The translations under genes were made by a program, and so were the position numbers. Below the pieces are notes generated by a model. That model searched no databases, was not told where the DNA came from, and was given only the letters and a program-made list of their open reading frames with translations. Shown piece after piece: positions 52,673 through 63,890 of a stretch of DNA of 64,000 nucleotides. The DNA comes from Lama glama (lineage: Eukaryota), in the NCBI GenBank assembly GCA_028534125.1, contig CM052817.1, forward strand, positions 108,936,001 to 109,000,000, given 5' to 3'. Within the stretch, counting starts at the first letter, position 1. Each line of letters opens with the position of its first letter.

Positions 52673-52789
52673 ATGGAGCTGAGGCATCTCTGGTTGCTCT
52701 GCTGCTGCTGCTGCTGCTGCTGCGGCCCCGGCGCCCCGACCGCGACCCCGACCCCGCCGCGGGGCCGCCACCCTCCGGCCGCCTTCCGG
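52673..52789 (+). CDS. CTSO: Cathepsin O coding exon 1 (signal peptide and start of propeptide), MELRHLWLLCCCCCCCCGPGAPTATPTPPRGRHPPAAFR
   Basis: ATG in strong context (gggATGG) inside a CpG island. Ends ...AAFR like human CTSO (AAAFR|ESLNRH). Donor CGG|gtaccg at 52790; 117 nt, phase 0, joins exon 2 in frame. Confidence 0.9.
52700..52723 (+). repeat. (TGC)8 trinucleotide repeat in CTSO exon 1
   Basis: Directly visible; read as Cys8 in the CTSO frame. Confidence 0.97.
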
Positions 52790-55700
52790 GTACCGCGCAG
52801 CCCTGTCCGGGGTCTGGGCTGGGGGGTGGAGGGGGCAAGGGTCATCTGCCTGTCCCGTCTGGGCTGGGCGGGGCGGAGGGTCCCCGAGCGCCACCCCCAG
52901 GGGTCGCCTGTCCCTTCCTGTACGGGCCGGGCGGGGCGGGGCGGAGGGTCCCCGAACGCAGTCCGGGGACGCACCCGGGTTTCTGGACTGGGTGGACGCG
53001 CGAACTTCCCCCTCCGCCCAGGCCTGTGCCGGCCCGCAGATCGGTCCTGGAGAGACGTGTGGCTGTGGGTTTGCGTGATGCGCCCCAGGCGAGCACTGGA
53101 TGCGTCCCGGGTGTTCCTGATGGGAGGACACACCGCTAGGCGTCCTCCCCGCCCTCCTGAACTGTCCACCTTGCGGTTACGGGAACCAGAAACGGGCGGA
53201 GGACACCTGGCGTCCTTCTCCCGGAAGGGGGCGCTGGTAACCTTATGTAATCCGAATTGTATCAACGAAGCGTGCATTTAGCAAACTCGGAGAATCCTAC
53301 CCATTGGTGATTTTCCTGAACGCGGGCTCCGGGAATTAGTGCACCACCTTCCAAGCTCACCTGACCCGGTGGGGACTGACTTACAGAAGGCAGAGGAGTT
53401 TCATCTCCTTCTCAGATCATTTTTAAAAGGCTTCATTCATCATTTCAGATTCCACCCAGTTTTAAGACCCAGGAACAGACCAGTTAGCTGGGTATAAATA
53501 TAAGGCTTTTCCTGAAACCAAGGAAACTGCAAAAGATCGTGATTTAGAGTCCTGTGTTCTGTGTCTCTGGTACTATTTAATAATTTTTTAACTCATGAGA
53601 TGTCGTGATTGTGGTTTCATTCGTTATCAGGGAAAATCCATTCATGCCTAATCCAGAACACTGCAACTTATCGGAATTGTAGTTATTACTTTTCCTAGTA
53701 TGTTCATGAACTTTCTCATGGGACCCTCGAGCCCCCTGCTCTGTCCTGCAGCTCCAGTGGTTAGAAGGGGCCAGCCTTCCCTGATCCCATCTCCTCTTCT
53801 TTAAACCAAGCTGTGTATTTTCATCTCCATTTTATTGGTCTTGTGTTCCAGTAGCTTTCAAAACCAGAAGCACTGGTACAATTGCTGGAGAACAGTTTCT
53901 ATCCTGGACTCTACTCCTGCCTTGAGCCTGGTTGCAGATGGTGGTGAACCAAAGCCCTCAGGGGGAGAATGCTCTCACCTGCACTGGTGGTGTGTTCATT
54001 GACTGCAGAAATGAAAGCACGCCACGCGCCTCACAAAAATGTTTGAGGATTGGAGGCCAGTGTAGTGAATGTATATTTTAAATGTATATAATTTATACTA
54101 TTTATAAATGTATATGTAGGTACTTGTATTCAGTAATTACTCGTACTGGGCCTGTGAGGAGGCCAGTCCCAGGAGATGAGTGTCTAGAAAGACAAGTCTT
54201 CTCAGGAGAAATTCAGGGTACATGTGGGGGGATGGGAGGTTTTAAGTGGAGGAGGACAGAGGGTCAGGGGTTCTCCGTACATTGAAAAACCTCGAGTTGA
54301 AAGAGTCTGAAAAGGTGTTCAAAGCATTTGCTTCTAGTGGGAGTTTGCTTCACCAGAAGGAGGCCCCAGGAAAGGAGAGTTTTTAGGGTTCTTGTCTGCA
54401 GTCACTGGAAACTTGAGTTTGTACCTCGATGGCTGTTTGGACCTAGGTGGGAAAGCTGGTCATGGGTCAAGACAGAAAGAGTGATGCTTGCTGGGAACCC
54501 ACGAGCATCTTCCTGGCAGGATGCACTAAAGCGTGCTGAGCCTGAAACTCGTTGTAACTCTACAAGTTAAGGTCTCTTTAACTCATAATGTCAGATTATG
54601 AATCGGTTAGGTTGAGGCTATTTACCTATCCGGGGAAAACGATGAACAGAATCTAGAAAATTTGCTCCACAGTCAAGTTAAAATGGAAAAAAAAAAGAAG
54701 TTTAAAACTTAAAGCAGAGTTATAAAGTGATCTGTGTGGAGCGGGCGAGAATCGACCAGCAACAGGGAGAGAGTAGACACATACTGAGGGCCGGGCGCTG
54801 TCGCCCTCGGATGTCGGTGACCTATTTCGGGATGGCTGAGAGCTCCCGTCAGCTGTGCAGGTGGGTGGGTGAGCAGCGGCTGTCTGAAGCAAGGTGTGGA
54901 AAACAGTATTCCGGGAATTGCACTGCGGACACAGTTGGAGCAAGTGTATGATTGATCAGCCTGTTTCTCCTGGCCCTGGGTTCAGAGATTGGTGGCAGGT
55001 TTTGTCCTCCGTGGCTTCTGTATTTTCCTAAGTTCCCCAGGAAGAGCCCTTACCTTGGAAGTTGGGTGGCATCTGTTACACTTGCCCACAAACCACCATC
55101 ACATTGTTGTGGGGTGAAGCCGAGGCTCCTCCTGGATGATTGTGGGCTGCCTCACAGGATACCCGATGTGGCAGGAGGGACAGCGGCCCCTCCCTCTGCT
55201 CTTTACTCCTTGGAAGTGACCAGAGCTGTTGGATCAGGCCTGTTTCCCTTTGTGGTACAACCTCGGTGTGCACAGATGCTCAGAGATGCTCATGGCTGGA
55301 CCACCTCTTATCCCTTTGGAGACCACAGACCCAACAATGGGGCCATAAAAGGTGAAGTGTCTACGTGCTAATACACGTGTGACTCTGCATAACGTTTCAG
55401 GAGTTTCATCTTACAAATTCTCGCCGTGATGTTACATGCTACATTTTTTTCAAAAAGAAAAACTTCTAGGCACGTTTCTTTAGGTCTCAATAGAAGATGA
55501 TAGCGTTTTACAGTGAATGAGCGTAACTAATGGGCCACAGGTGCTTGCTAGACACAGCGCCTTACAGTCGTGGTGGTTTCCTCCAAAAAGACTTTATCCA
55601 AGGATGCTTGAAAGCGCCATTTCTATCTACCAGAAAGATTAAGAGGTGAATGTGACGTAAGGTACTGCTGTTCAAGTGGTGATTTCTCTTGGCTCTAGCT

Positions 55701-57680
55701 TCACGCGCACTCTCCCAAAATGAAAATGCATCATAGCCTTGAGGTCTCGGGCCAGAATTTATCATTCATTTGTTCACCTGTCCACCGTTTATCTATTACT
55801 TTGACATTTACTCTGTATAAGGAGATGGGCTAGGTTTCCTGACTGATTCAGTGGAGAATAAGGCATGTGCTAACCTCGAAGAAGTTATAGCCTTGTATAT
55901 GGAGATCGTTATGTTTAAACACGGAACTATAATCCATTTTCCAGCAAACAGGAGAATGTGAAGACTGGTACTAGCAAACCAGGCTGTTTCAGGCAGTTCG
56001 CCAAAGGGCAACTTTTTAATTCAATCTTTATTTGCACGCACACACACAAATACTAAATGACTGTACTTTTCTTATTTTACTTTGCATGTTAAATATGTGT
56101 GCACACTATTTTTATACAGATTCCAGCAGAACATATAAAAAATGCTTTGTCTAGGGAGCTTTTCCAAAGCGGTAATTTATAGAAGTACATCCTTTGAAAA
56201 ACATTTTTTTATTCTAATACTGTTTTCCCCAACGGCAGCCTATGATATTTGGATTATCAACTGCCCAGGAGTGCTGGCCAGCGCACTGCCGTGTGGTCAG
56301 ATGAACATCGCCATCTAAGGTTTACGGCTCCCAAGACTCCTAAGAACGTCTCAGCAGCGCTCCAACACAAACTTTTTACTTTTTGCTCATTCCTGGACTT
56401 ACCCGCAACTTCCAGGAACTAAAAGCAGCGACCAGGAGAACATTTTGTATCTTTAAATCTGTTTGTAAAATGTATGATTTCTCCTCCACCAAACCTCGGA
56501 ACCTGCTACTGAGGACTCTAAGAGAAAGCCTGAGAAGCAGAAGTGAGAGATTTTGGGCTGAGCGTGCCAGGCAGGAAGTGATCTTAGAAACCACACTTGC
56601 TTCTTGGTGATTTCAATATGCAGCTTATCCCGTCCGTACCTGGGGCACATCCCAGGCACACACCATTTGCTAAGTACATAGCAAATCACCACTGATAGAA
56701 GAAAACCCAGATACCAGAGGGGAAGATAAATCAAATTCCCACTGCCTTCTCGGCTCAAAAATACTGATGTGCAGCCCAGGAAAGTTTCTATCTCGTCTAA
56801 GGATTTCCTGCTGGCTGAATAACCACACCTTCCTCCAGATCCCAGCTGGGCAACCTAAGACACATTACCTATCCATGCCTCAGTTCAGGCATCTGTGAAA
56901 TGGAGCAATATTAGCAACTGCCTGGTACGGGGTTAACTTAATTCATATAAAGCACCTAAGAAAACTGCTCGCATTCAGTTTAGCAATCCCTTCAATCCTG
57001 CATATTTAGGGTACCCAACAGTTGAAAATTTTCATTTTAGAGCCAAAGGTAATTTGGTCTTAAAGGATTTGCTTATTCCTTTAGAAACAGCTGAGCACCT
57101 GCAAGAAGAAAATGCACTGTTTAATTTACTCTCACTTATTGGCAGTCTGTGAATAAGACTGAACTGGTTCTTCTTCAAGAGGTGGTGTTAAGGACCAACA
57201 GATAGCTGAGACCCCCCCCACCTCCTACCCACCCCGGGGGGGGGGGGATTTTACTCTTACTTCGTTTTGAGGATGGTCATTTTCCTCTCAACTCACCCAA
57301 CACAGAGAACAACTCCTGATTATTGTTACCAATAATTGGAAAGTTAGGGAAATTAAGATGCCCAGGAAAGAGGAGGAGCTTTCCAATCCTCTGGGAAAAA
57401 GGTTAGTTTCTCAGGAATTTTAAAACTCCCGCCCGATCTCTCTGTGAGATTGGCCAGGTCTCTTACTGAGTTACCATTTATCCTTCTTAGAATGAAACAG
57501 TTCTCTTGGTTTCTTGTTTTGAGCAAACAAGGTCCCTCCTTTCTGTTTATGGATTTGTAAGAATTGTAGAGAATTAATGAAATATCCCAGCTGGGCCAGC
57601 AAAGCAGCAGATTAGATGCAGGAGAGACCGCTCAGAAACATCTGACATTTAATCATTAGTTGGAATATGTGACTCCTTAA

Positions 57681-57735
57681 GCGTGTGTGTGTGTGTGCGT
57701 GTGTGCACACAGACACACGCACACACGCACACACA
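57681..57735. repeat. (GT)n followed by (CA)n inverted microsatellite
   Basis: Directly visible; centred on the palindrome gtgtgcacac (57701-57710). Confidence 0.9.
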
Positions 57736-57851
57736 GAGGCAACTCTGAGTACATGACGAGATTCCAGCTTCAGAAGGAGGGCTGGCTTTAGAAGGCATGA
57801 TAAAGGTAGCTTTAGGTGCAGGGCCTTAAGGTATGGTTTTGATTAGAGAGA

Positions 57852-57876
57852 CTTAGGGTGTACGGTACACCCTAAG
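57852..57876. repeat. Perfect 12-bp inverted repeat with 1-nt spacer
   Basis: CTTAGGGTGTAC-G-GTACACCCTAAG. Confidence 0.95.
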
Positions 57877-58714
57877 GTGTCAGAAGGACACTTTTTCTCT
57901 CATTTTACAATCCTAGGATAATTTCCTTAGGTTCTTTGGCCCTGACTCCCCTTCCAGGCAGGAATCTGGTGTGTCTTACTGTAACTCATCCGGTTAAGAC
58001 CAAACCAAACAAAAATATGTGAAGATGATTATTTGTTCACAGATCTATTGAAAGTTTGTTTTGATTTATCAGTTCTAAGTGAGCCACCTGTTTTTCACTC
58101 GTCTGTGCCTTTCAAAGCTAGCAAATGATAGGTTTCCTGTATATCCCTCAAAACCGTACACTTTTTTTTCATAAACAAAATGAAGGGTCAGTTTCTTATT
58201 TAAAATCTTGTTTGGCCTTAGGATTGTTTCCTGTGTAGTTGACTGGTGTTCCAGCCTCCGTTGCCTTGTGTTGAGCGCATGCGCTGATTGGTTCTGTGAC
58301 CGAGGATGTTAGCAGGATCTCAGCCTAGATGGACGGGGTGCGGTGTGTCTGTGAAAACCTGTCCTCGCCACTAGAATGGAATTAGACCAGGAAGTCACTC
58401 GAAAGAATAGTGATTTCCAGAAGTGAGATACAGGACTTTTTGGGATTTAAGTGATCCAAAACCACCGTTATGGAGACATAACTAGAGTCCTGTTGTCACA
58501 GCAAATAGGAGACGAAATGTTCTTGGATATCCTGATAATTTTATTTTACTATGAAAGCAGTCTATTACTTTCAGTAGATCCCTGGTAATATCTGATTCCA
58601 TCAGACAGATTTGCTCCACATTAACCTAAGAAAATGTGAAAACATCATCTATGAATGACATTTTCTATCATCCAAAAGTTCTGTGTTTAAAGAGGGAAAA
58701 GGTAGAACGTGACA

Positions 58715-58875
58715 GTATTTAATTGAGCATTTTTATATTAGACACTGTCATATGTGTTTTCCAAACATTATCTTATTTAATACTCACACTCTGCCAGGTC
58801 AGTATTGCCCCATTTGCAGACAAAGACAATAAAGCCCAGAGAGGTTGAGTATACAGCCAAAGATCACACAGCAAT
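58715..58875 (-). mobile_element. MIR fragment
   Basis: attgagcattt...ccccatttgcagacaaagacaataaagcccagagaggttgagta..agccaaagatcacacagc. Confidence 0.7.
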
Positions 58876-59299
58876 ATGGTATCTGTTTATGTGGTAAGAC
58901 GTTTTGGTTAGTTACAAACTTAAGAGAATAAAGAAATCTACCGTGTGTGTGTGTGTAGACATATGAGAGAATTATGCTTTGCTCAGAATTCTTCGAGGGA
59001 GTACTTTAAATGTTATTAATGGTCTTGCAGAGTTGAAAGAAGGAGGTAGAGCTGAGAGGTGGGGAGACAGGTGGGTAGAGCCCCTAGGAGTTCAGAGGAT
59101 TTTGCTCTTGCCAACAAGTGACATTGTAAATAGCAAGCAGTCTTGGCACAGGCTGGTGACAGCCGTAAAATGACAGAAGTCACTGCACCTGAGTCACATG
59201 GAAGTTCACAAATGGGATTCTTCTGAGAGCCGGCTTCTGGTTGAAACAGGCATTTCACAGATTCCCTCAGTCAGACTGAAGGACTGTCCTTTCATTCAC

Positions 59300-59965
59300 T
59301 GCTGACATTTTATCATGAAAGGATTGTGAATTACGTCAAGTGCCTTTTTCTGCATCTATTGAAAATATCATATGGTTTTTCTCCCTCTTTTATTCCATCA
59401 ACATAGTGTATGATGTTGGTGATTTTCAGATGTTAAACCTACGTAGATTTTTTAATGGACCTCTCTGGGCCGTGATGTATTGTCTTTTTATAAGTTGTTG
59501 CATTTGATTTGCTATTATTTTGCTAAGGATTTTACATCTGTAGTCATGAGGGCCACTGAGGTGTCATTCTCCTTCACTGAGATGTCCTGGTCTGGTTTTG
59601 AAATCAGGATTATACTAATCGCATAAAGTAAGTTGCAAAGGATTCTCTTCTTATTTTCTCAAAGTGTGTATGATTGGCATTATTTCTTTTTTAATTGGGT
59701 AACATTCACTCACGAAAACATCAGGGCCTGGAGTTTTCTTTGTGGGATGATTTTCAACGAGGAATGTAGTGCCTCTCGTTGCTAAAAAGCTGTTCAAGTT
59801 TCCTGTTTCTTGGGTATCCAGATCTGGTCATTTGGGTCTTCCAGGGACTTGGTCCATTTCATACAGGTTATCAATCTTATTGGCATAAAGTTGTCAAAAG
59901 ATTATTCTTCTAGTGCCAGAAGCATCTGCAGTAGCCCCTTCTCCCATCCCTGATACTGGTCCTTG
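59300..59965 (-). mobile_element. Old L1 ORF2 fragment in CTSO intron 1
   Basis: tttttctgcatctattgaaaatatcatatggttttt; gggcctggagttttctttgtggga. Confidence 0.85.
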
Positions 59966-60569
59966 ACATGTCTCTTTCTTTTTCCTTCCTTTTTTCTGCA
60001 TCACAGGAGTAGTGGGGAGAGTGTCTGGGTGCAGGGCTGCTCCGAGCTGCAGGAAGAGGAGAGACGATGGGAGCTCACTGGTCACAAACCTGCGTTTCTC
60101 CGAACAGGCCAGGCTCAGTGCTTAGTCACGGGCTGGGTGCAGCGGGTGGGGACCCCGGCCCGCTTCGTGCAGTCGTGTGATTCAGACACAGTGGTTAAGC
60201 CCCTGCGGGTGGAGGCCTGGGAGCCCATTCTCCTGACTCCATGTGCTCCCCTGTGCATCATCAAGGCCCTGCATTCCCAGTGCCTCCCCCATCACTCCAC
60301 TCACAAAGATGCCAGTAAATACTACAGAATGAATGAATCCTCTGAAATCCTCAACAGTTTGCCGTCACTGGCTTTTGTCTGTCAACGTGGCCTCCTCACA
60401 CCAGCTCTATTTTTATATGTATACATCTCCTTTCCAAATTATATTCAAAGCCTTGCTTCATCAAGGTTATTTTTAAATGTGGAAAACTCGATAACTATTG
60501 ATTATTTCATCAATTAGCATAAGATTATGACAAGCCTCATTAATAATTTACTTAAAAATAAACAGCTTA

Positions 60570-60938
60570 TTGTCATTTGCAGCAAAATAGATGGACCTGG
60601 AGATCATCATTCTAAGTGAAGTCAGACAGAGAAAGACAAACACCATATGATATCACTTATATGTGGAATCTAAAAAAAATGATACAAATGAACTTATTTA
60701 CAGACTGGAAATAGACTTATAGACATACAAAACAAATTTATGGTTCCCAAAGGAGAAAGGAGATTGGGGGAGGGATAAATTAGGAGTTTGGGATTAACAG
60801 ATACACACTACTGTCTATAAAATAAATAAGCAACAAAGACCTACTGTAGAGCTCAGGGAACTGTATTCAGTATCTTGTAATTACCTACAATGGAAAATAA
60901 TGTGCAAAAGAATGTATATACATATGTAAAAAAAAAAA
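60570..60938 (+). mobile_element. 5'-truncated L1 3' end in CTSO intron 1
   Basis: gatggacctggagatcatcattctaagtgaagtcagacagagaaagacaaa... followed by an A tail; flanked by CAGCTTA (60563-60569 / 60940-60946). Confidence 0.92.
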
Positions 60939-61873
60939 CCAGCTTAAAGCTATCAAGGGCACGAGGCTTACACAGTGCAATCATGTATGTATTACTAAGT
61001 GTCTGTTCCACGCCGGGATGCAGTGAGTGCAGGGAGCGCAGTGGTGATGAGACACACCCGCCTGGCCCTCATTCTGCTCACAGGTTTCTGAGACCGACAC
61101 ACAGGTGCACAAGCCAACGCGGAAGAGCTGGGGTTGGAACTCACACAGCAGGGGTGCCCTGAAGGTTCACTGACCCACGCAGTTGGTCAGTGTTAGGACA
61201 TTGGGACACATCTGTATAAAACACAAGCTAAGGGAATTGTCAGAGAACTCAAAGCTGAGAAATCCGTAAACAATGATCCAATTTTTCCCTTGGGACAGAC
61301 AAACCAGACGATCTTTCTGGGCCATTTCAAGGATGAGTGTCTTTCCCCAAGCCTTTTTACCATAAATGAACTAGGGAGCACTATACAGCTCAGGTGGAAT
61401 CAGATTTATTTATTCATTCTTTTTTTTTTTCATACTTTATTCATTGTGCTGGGAAACCCAAAGATAAAAATGGCAACCTGTTCCAGGTTCATAATTGTTT
61501 GATCACAGGAGTGTCCACTGGGGACAACTTCCATTAGTGTCTAGTGTTTATTTGCAGTTTATTTTATTTTTCTCACTACATTAAATAAATATATATTTAA
61601 TGTTTCAGCATGCTTGGTGAAGAGAATTATAAATGGTTAAGACATACCTTTCCCAGCCTCAAAAATTATTCCTGAAATCAGACAGTATTTTTAATACAAA
61701 ACATTTATAAATGTAATCTGATTATTTTATATAATCTTTTACTCTGACTTGCAGGAAATAAATCAGGCTTTGACTTTTACATCTGAAAAGTATCTCCAAG
61801 TCAGTTACACACAAATGGCTCTGGAAAGTTAACAGGTGATATAAATCAGCGTGTTTTTTTTTCCCCCTTTTAG

Positions 61874-61982
61874 GAAAGTCTTAACAGACATCGATATTTG
61901 AATTCTTTATTTCCTCGTGAAAACTCCACTGCCGTCTACGGAATAAACCAGTTTTCTTATTTGTTTCCTGAAGAGTTTAAAG
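61874..61982 (+). CDS. CTSO: Cathepsin O coding exon 2 (propeptide), ESLNRHRYLNSLFPRENSTAVYGINQFSYLFPEEFK
   Basis: Polypyrimidine tract and ttttag| acceptor; donor AAAG|gtgtgg; 109 nt. Translation is nearly identical to recalled human CTSO and contains the papain-family GxNxF propeptide motif and an NST sequon. Confidence 0.97.
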
Positions 61983-62568
61983 GTGTGGTGCGATGTGGTG
62001 CTATTAGCTGGTTGGGTTCCTGATTTTAACTTATGCCCTTAGTTTTTGAGAATTGTTCAGTTGTGAATCTGGTGAATTGAGTAACATTAACATTTATTAA
62101 ACACTAAGTGTCAAGCATGTACAGGTGCTGACAGGAAAATAAATTCATGGCCACACTCTTCAAATTCCTGCTCCAGCTCTAAATAGTATAAATACGGACA
62201 CTTCCCTGTGGCTCTGAGGGACAACAGCTTATCCCTTCCCCAGGTTTCCCTGCTATTTCTACTCAAGACACCATGGTTCCATGGGTTATGATGAAGCAGC
62301 TAATGTCAATTATAGTCAGTTTTATATTGACCTGTTTCTATCAAACAAGTCGTTTCATGTGACAGCTCCAATCCTATTATGGAAATTTGTATTTCTTGTA
62401 GTTTTCAGCTAATCCATCTCATGTTATAGAAAAACACACATGGCAGATTTCATTAGCAACTTTATTGCTTCTGTAGAAAAGTTCCTCCAGAAAGAACCTC
62501 TATAATATAATGTTGATTGTCTTTTCCATGTTTATATGTTTATATACATGTTCCATGTTTATATCCAG

Positions 62569-62708
62569 CCATTTATTTAAGAAGCAGACCTTCCAGATTT
62601 CCCAGATACCCAGCGGACATGCAGAAAGCCATCCCTAACGTGTCTTTGCCGCTAAGATTTGACTGGAGGGACAAGCATGTTGTAACGCAAGTGAGAAACC
62701 AGCAGGCG
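62569..62708 (+). CDS. CTSO: Cathepsin O coding exon 3 (end of propeptide, mature N-terminus), (A)IYLRSRPSRFPRYPADMQKAIPNVSLPLRFDWRDKHVVTQVRNQQA
   Basis: ccag| acceptor and GCG|gtatgt donor; 140 nt; phase matches exon 2. Contains the C1A peptidase motif LPxxFDWR and VRNQ (oxyanion-hole Gln). The gene continues past the window. Confidence 0.97.
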
Positions 62709-63186
62709 GTATGTTTTAAGATTTTTTTTTTCTTTTCTAATCATCTCAGCATGGGAGGTCACCTTTGAGGTCAAGTTCAATGAGACTTGCATTTCTGTAG
62801 GTAAAATCACACCCCATCAGCAAAAAGTGACAGTGAAAGGAGAATCCTGCTGGAAGGAGCAGATGTAAAAGTCCTACCTGTATTCTGAGGCGAGCCTTGC
62901 TGGCTGCTTCCCACACTGACACAGGGACACTGCCCTGTAGCTGTGCCAGGCCACCGAGCCTTCTGCAGACCCTCCAACAGAGGGCTGGGGGAGGCAGACT
63001 TGACTGCTAAATGCACAAGTAGTTCAAAAAGAGAACCACACCGAAAAAGTCACCTGGAATCAGATACCTTCACCACCAGAGTGCCCTGAGCCCTTGGGTG
63101 CTCATTCCTTGAGCGCCATCAGAAAACTTAGCCCCAGCCCCACCCGGGCAGGATCACACACATTTTATCTGTGATCCTTAAAGATG

Positions 63187-63890
63187 CAGTCAGCCCTGCT
63201 ATAATGTGACATAAATGTTCCTTAAAAATCGCCCACTGTACAAAATCCTGCAATAAGGATTGCAGGAGAAGTGAAGTCAGGGTACAGCACTAAAAAAGTG
63301 CGTGACGCTTTAAAGAAAACACAGGAAAGTAATCCAAGTGTCAGGACAGTTTTACACGTGGTAAGTGATAAAGAAGTGAATCAGCACAGCAATAAATGCA
63401 GCCTTTTACCCTGAGCGAGCCTGTGGGGGTGGAGGCGGGAGGGGCTGCAGCTTGTGAGTCCTTGTAAAGAGTGTAAAATCAGGAGTTTGAGATTTGCAGA
63501 TACTAACTACTACATATAAAATAGATAAGCAACAAGTTTATACTGTGTAGCACAGGGAACTAGATTCAGCATCTTACAGTAACCTATAATGAAAAAGAAT
63601 ATATGCATGTACACATATGACTGAATCAGGATGCTGTGCACCAGAAACTGACACATTGTAACTGACTATACTTCTGTTTTTTAAAAATGGAAGAAAAAAA
63701 GGGTGTAGGTGGGTGTGCACCTCCCCGGTGGTGAGCCCCCTGCGCTGGCAGCTGGTGGAGGGCAGGTGTGCGTGCTCTGCGCCCCCGCCAGGCACACGGA
63801 GTGTCTAGTGCTGCGGGAAGTCGGTCCCTGGACACAGGGACGTGGTCTCAACTCGTCTGCATTGGGAACCTCAACGGGCCGTTCAGCCTC
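63187..63890 (+). mobile_element. Tigger13a-like DNA transposon relic, interrupted by an L1
   Basis: cagtcagccctgctataatgtgacataaatgttccttaaaaatc...cagttttacac...gcagcttgtgagt matches recalled Tigger13a. The continuation after the L1 is diverged and the right end is uncertain. Confidence 0.65.
63476..63697 (+). mobile_element. 5'-truncated L1 3' end nested in the Tigger relic
   Basis: aggagtttgagatttgcagatact...tgtaaactgactatacttc; TSD AAAGAGTGTA (63466-63475) / AAAGGGTGTA (63698-63707). Confidence 0.88.

Larger units (their letters stand above)
52450..53330 (+). promoter_or_regulatory. CpG island / GC-box promoter of CTSO
   Basis: Sharp rise in GC and CpG content; many CCCGCCCC (Sp/KLF) boxes at 52520-52630; spans exon 1; no obvious TATA box. 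Confidence 0.9.

Noticed and set aside
52372..53277. Long antisense and overlapping ORFs (301, 231 and 172 aa; poly-Gln or poly-Ala)
   Set aside because: Expected in a stop-poor CpG island; low-complexity P/G/R/A composition; no recognisable domain.
52790..53281. Extension of the 202-aa ORF beyond CTSO exon 1
   Set aside because: Intron read-through: similarity to cathepsin O ends at the GT donor and resumes in exon 2.
54130..54570. Possible LTR in CTSO intron 1
   Set aside because: LTR-like composition, but no termini, TSD or family match that I can support.
59963..60517. 184-aa ORF in CTSO intron 1
   Set aside because: Non-ATG start, overlaps repeat-derived sequence, no recognisable homology.
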